A stretch of DNA of 30,304 nt from an uncultured Candidatus Bathyarchaeia archaeon (GTDB taxonomy: Archaea; Thermoproteota; Bathyarchaeia; Bathyarchaeales; DTEX01), in NCBI GenBank assembly GCA_964447115.1, contig CAYURV010000001.1, forward strand, positions 1-30,304, given 5' to 3'. Each line of letters opens with the position of its first letter. Positions within the stretch are counted from its first letter, which is position 1. A program made the position numbers and the translations under genes. This document shows, one piece after another, positions 27,036-30,304 of this stretch. Below the pieces are notes generated by a model that was given only the letters and a program-made list of their open reading frames with translations, was not told the DNA's origin and did no database searches.

Positions 27036-29111
27036 CTATGTCTTTCCTTCTTTAGATGGACATTGTTGGTTGATGCAGAATATCCAGGGACGTTTCCCCT
27101 GTACTTTGAAACGAATCATAGGCCACCCACACGTTCGGCAACCTTTCTGTGCCGGTTCCACCGTGCCCTTCTGCGGGAGGGGAGCAGAAGTCTTGCATCC
27201 GCCCTTGAAGAAACTTGTGCAGCCTATGAACCTTTTCCCAGTTCGCCGAGAATACAAGATCATCAACTTGCCTGTCCCGCAGACTGGGCAATCTCCAACG
27301 ATACGTTGCTGCATACGAGCTTTTCTCACTGCCTCACTCAACTCTTCACCCACAGGTTCCTGGTGTGACGCAAGTTCTTCTAGAACGGGCCTGAGCCGAT
27401 GTTCGGCTTTGTCAAGCGTGTTCACCATCTTCTCATTGCCGTTTTGAATCTTTTCCATGCTCTCTTCGAGCTCCCGTGTGAAATCAACCGAGATCACCTC
27501 TGGGCAGTATATGTTAAGGATGTCGATAACACCCAGTCCCAATTCTGAGACAACGGCTCGCTCCCCGCTTATGTATCCTCGACTGTAGAGAGTGTCAATG
27601 ATTCCCGCTCTCGTCGCCTTGGTTCCGATGCCCTCAGACTCCATCTTCCTGAGTAAACTGCCGGGGTTATAACGAGGAGGGGGTTTTGTGAATCTGTCTT
27701 CGCATACAACTTCCTTGACTTCAACCTCTTGCCCCTTTTCTAGAGGAGGCAGAACAACCTCCTCTGCACGTATGAAAGGCTTATAGAAGACCATCCATCC
27801 TTCCTTGAGAATTTGCCTTCCCCGCAGATAGAATAGATGACCGTTCACTGTTATGGATGCCTTCACGCTTTGCTTCAGAGCGGGCTCACCGAAAACAGCC
27901 ATGAACCGTCTCACGACTAAATCCCAAAGTCGTCTTTCAGGGTCGCTCAAAGTTCTCTCCGGCAGGTTCCCTGTTGGGTACACCGCAGGATGAGCTGGGT
28001 CTTCTCTCTTCCCCTCTTTTGGGACAAGGTCCCGTTTGAGAAGTTCTTGGGCCAGTCTCTGGTATTTCGGTTCACGGCTTAGGGACCCAAGTATAGCGCG
28101 GTAACCGATTACCCGTGGAAGTTTCTGACTGGCTGTTCTGGGATATGAGATTAAAGCCTCAAGGTAGAGCCTCTCCGCTATGTCTCCTGTCCGCCTTGGT
28201 GTGTACTTGAAAAGGCTGTATGCCTCGCTTTGTAGCGTACCAAGATCGAAGGGAATTGGAGGGTTCTGGAGCGATCTTCGGATCTCCAAATCTGTTATCT
28301 TTGCTCTTTTCCCCTCACATTCGTGTACAATATTCTGGGCTTCGTCTCGGTTTTCTATAACATCTAGTTCATACTCAACATCATAAATTGAGCCGTCAAT
28401 CTCAACTTTTGCCTTTATCCCCCAATGCGGTGTCGGAACAAAGGAGTTGATTCTCCTTTCCCTGTTGACCAAGAACTTCAGAGTTGGACCTTGCACTCTA
28501 CCCGTGGTCAGCACTGCGTACCTTCCACTCCAACGTTTCGCCGCGACAGTCATGGCCCGCGAGAGGTTAATGCCATACATCGCATCTAGGAAGTGGCGGC
28601 ACTCTCCAGCTTCTACGGTTGGGAACTCGATATTTTCTGAAAGCTCATTGTACGATTGTCTGAGCTCCTCCGTTGTAAGCGTCGAGAACTTCATCCTTTT
28701 AGCTTCCTTGTCTTTACCGCCGCAAGCGTACTTGAGGATCGTATAACCCAAAGTGGCTCCTTCCACATCATAATCGGTAGCTAGTATGTACTCTTGCGCT
28801 TGCTCTGAAAGCTTTGAGATGACCTTGATCCAAGTTTCTGTTTCCTTCGCCTTTCTTTCAGCCACGTATTTCGGAACCCAATGAAACTCGAAAATGGGAA
28901 AAACATTCCGGTCTCTCACTGTAGGAGCAACTGTGTAGAGATGACCTAATGCAGCGACGATGGTCAGTTTCTTTCCTTCCCTAGCAGCTTCGTAATAAGG
29001 AACCCCTTCAATCTTCTTTATCTGAGGGCTGCCGTTTTCGTCTAAGGCCCCAGCAAGACGCTTCGCGGCGCTAGGCTTCTCGCACAAGACTAGAACATTC
29101 TTGCCTTCCAT
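27036..29111 (-). CDS. topA: DNA topoisomerase I (type IA) with C-terminal zinc ribbons
   Basis: TOPRIM LCEKPSAA and ATDYDVEG, GRVQGPTL, catalytic ISYPRT, GIGTKATRA, and C4 ribbons CPVC..C..C and CRTC..C..C. Confidence 0.97.
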   Translation of the reverse strand: MEGKNVLVLCEKPSAAKRLAGALDENGSPQIKKIEGVPYYEAAREGKKLTIVAALGHLYTVAPTVRDRNVFPIFEFHWVPKYVAERKAKETETWIKVISKLSEQAQEYILATDYDVEGATLGYTILKYACGGKDKEAKRMKFSTLTTEELRQSYNELSENIEFPTVEAGECRHFLDAMYGINLSRAMTVAAKRWSGRYAVLTTGRVQGPTLKFLVNRERRINSFVPTPHWGIKAKVEIDGSIYDVEYELDVIENRDEAQNIVHECEGKRAKITDLEIRRSLQNPPIPFDLGTLQSEAYSLFKYTPRRTGDIAERLYLEALISYPRTASQKLPRVIGYRAILGSLSREPKYQRLAQELLKRDLVPKEGKREDPAHPAVYPTGNLPERTLSDPERRLWDLVVRRFMAVFGEPALKQSVKASITVNGHLFYLRGRQILKEGWMVFYKPFIRAEEVVLPPLEKGQEVEVKEVVCEDRFTKPPPRYNPGSLLRKMESEGIGTKATRAGIIDTLYSRGYISGERAVVSELGLGVIDILNIYCPEVISVDFTRELEESMEKIQNGNEKMVNTLDKAEHRLRPVLEELASHQEPVGEELSEAVRKARMQQRIVGDCPVCGTGKLMILYSRRTGKRFIGCTSFFKGGCKTSAPLPQKGTVEPAQKGCRTCGWPMIRFKVQGKRPWIFCINQQCPSKEGKT

Positions 29112-29299
29112 TCAAGCTTGTTCCTCCGCTTCAATATGCAACGATCTTTCAGAGCACCCGTACCTCCTAAGGCGCTCACAAGACTACGCTCTTGAATCTA
29201 GTTATCTGATGTCAGGAGAGATTTAAATGTGCCTTGCCGTTTTGCTTATTAGGAAGAACCACTTTATCTCTGGTTAACCGCCCGAGAGGATGTGGAGGC

Positions 29300-29494
29300 T
29301 TGCCTCAACAGGTAAACTGTCACGAATGTGGTGCGGTTCTTTACCGGGGCGACGATCTTAAGTCTCCCGAAGAGATAATCCAGATTCATACCGGAAAATG
29401 TCCCAAATGCGGCAAAAGATTGTCTTTGACGCCACAGAACGTGGATGTCAAGCCGGCTGGAAGGTGGACAGTCGAGAAGTTCACAAGGGAATAG
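29300..29494 (+). CDS. Small zinc-ribbon protein (CHEC...CPKC)
   Basis: Two CxxC pairs; TTG at 29300 after a purine-rich leader; TATA-like TTTAAA at 29222; divergent from topA. Confidence 0.75.
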   Translation: MPQQVNCHECGAVLYRGDDLKSPEEIIQIHTGKCPKCGKRLSLTPQNVDVKPAGRWTVEKFTRE

Positions 29495-29549
29495 TTGTCT
29501 CGTTTTAGCTAAGGATATCTTGTTCTGCTAAGTATTGAAAAGCATGAAA

Positions 29550-30074
29550 TTACCTAGCCAGACTATCATAGCCACTCGTCTTCTCATTGCTGGATTTCAA
29601 GCGAACCAATGTTGATGAGAATTTCTCGGGATCCCCTACTATTCCCAATGGATGTCTGACTTTGCCCAAGGGGCGGGCAGGCACGCCTCCTACAAACGTG
29701 TACGGCGGAACATCTTTGCTAACTACAGACCCAGCGGCGACCACGGCACCTCTGCCGATCCTTACGCTTTGGGTAATTATCGCCCCGGGCCCGATGAAAG
29801 CGTCATCTTCGATCACTATTCCCTGCTTTTCCCCTTTAGGTCTAAAATGGGCAAACAGCATACAACCGACGCCGAGCATCACATTGTTGCCTATTTCTAT
29901 CCATTCAGGATATTCATCGTCGATGTATACGCCAGCTCCTATCCAAACTGTTCCATTGATCCTCACACCCCTCATTCGGTGTATAGCTGGCCTAACGGTG
30001 TAGGCGCCGACAATGTTCCTGGCAAGCACATTCAATACTCTGTTTACCAATCCTTTGAGGTAGCCTTTGACCAT
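29550..30074 (-). CDS. Hexapeptide-repeat (left-handed beta-helix) acyltransferase
   Basis: VWIGAGV, IGNNVMLG, IEDDAFIGPGAII, IGRGAVVAAGSVVSKDVPP and GGVPAR. Confidence 0.9.
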   Translation of the reverse strand: MVKGYLKGLVNRVLNVLARNIVGAYTVRPAIHRMRGVRINGTVWIGAGVYIDDEYPEWIEIGNNVMLGVGCMLFAHFRPKGEKQGIVIEDDAFIGPGAIITQSVRIGRGAVVAAGSVVSKDVPPYTFVGGVPARPLGKVRHPLGIVGDPEKFSSTLVRLKSSNEKTSGYDSLAR

Positions 30075-30134
30075 GTTCCCGACCTCATCATCTTACAAGC
30101 TTGCGTTTGTACCGAGTGCACTAGGCTGGTGGTT

Positions 30135-30304
30135 CTACGTTTCACTATTTATGACTGAATACTTACTTGATTGCAGGTCATAAATGCCTTTCCCAGTCTT
30201 CCTGCCAAGGTATCCTTTCTGAACAAGCTCATCCAGTATTGGGCAAGGTTTGTATTTATCCTTCTTAGTCCTTTTGTATAAGTTCTGCAGTATGTTCAGG
30301 CAGA
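30135..30304 (-). CDS. 3' end of a 3-hydroxyacyl-CoA dehydrogenase family gene (partial; not in the ORF track)
   Basis: Hand translation: CLNILQNLYKRTKKDKYKPCPILDELVQKGYLGRKTGKGIYDLQSSKYSVINSET*, containing the family C-terminal GxLGxKTGxGxY motif. Confidence 0.85.
   Translation of the reverse strand, partial: CLNILQNLYKRTKKDKYKPCPILDELVQKGYLGRKTGKGIYDLQSSKYSVINSET

Noticed and set aside
1-30304. CRISPR arrays, transposases, integrases, rRNA, SRP or RNase P RNA
   Set aside because: No regularly spaced repeats, no recombinase or transposase motifs, and no long GC-rich structured intergenic segment were seen by eye.

Overview
A gene-dense stretch of archaeal chromosome; by gene content (class I LysRS, split GMP synthase, tRNA-splicing endonuclease, DUF2153, arcadin-like protein, many TTG starts) it is most likely from Bathyarchaeia or a related TACK lineage, which is inference. 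Housekeeping genes are lysS, pyrF, guaAB, acyP, a nucleoside phosphorylase, hisS, endA, mtnA, topA and a partial 3-hydroxyacyl-CoA dehydrogenase. Accessory genes include a 1570-aa fusion of an M28/PA-like ectodomain to a MacB/FtsX-type permease, a second MacB-type ABC pair, two sugar-isomerase TIM barrels, a Gfo/Idh/MocA oxidoreductase, a stand-alone LigD phosphoesterase and a stand-alone B3/4 domain. I found no rRNA, tRNA, CRISPR array or mobile element. The most notable observations are: the giant permease whose peptidase-like site lacks the canonical metal ligands; a small membrane protein resembling the eukaryotic oligosaccharyltransferase subunit OSTC/DC2; a 47-aa CdrS-like ribbon-helix-helix gene absent from the ORF track; an arcadin-1-like gene with no actin nearby; a GMP synthase with an apparently duplicated dimerisation domain; and an EndA lacking two of three catalytic residues. 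All family assignments come from motif recognition by eye and from memory; no searches were run.
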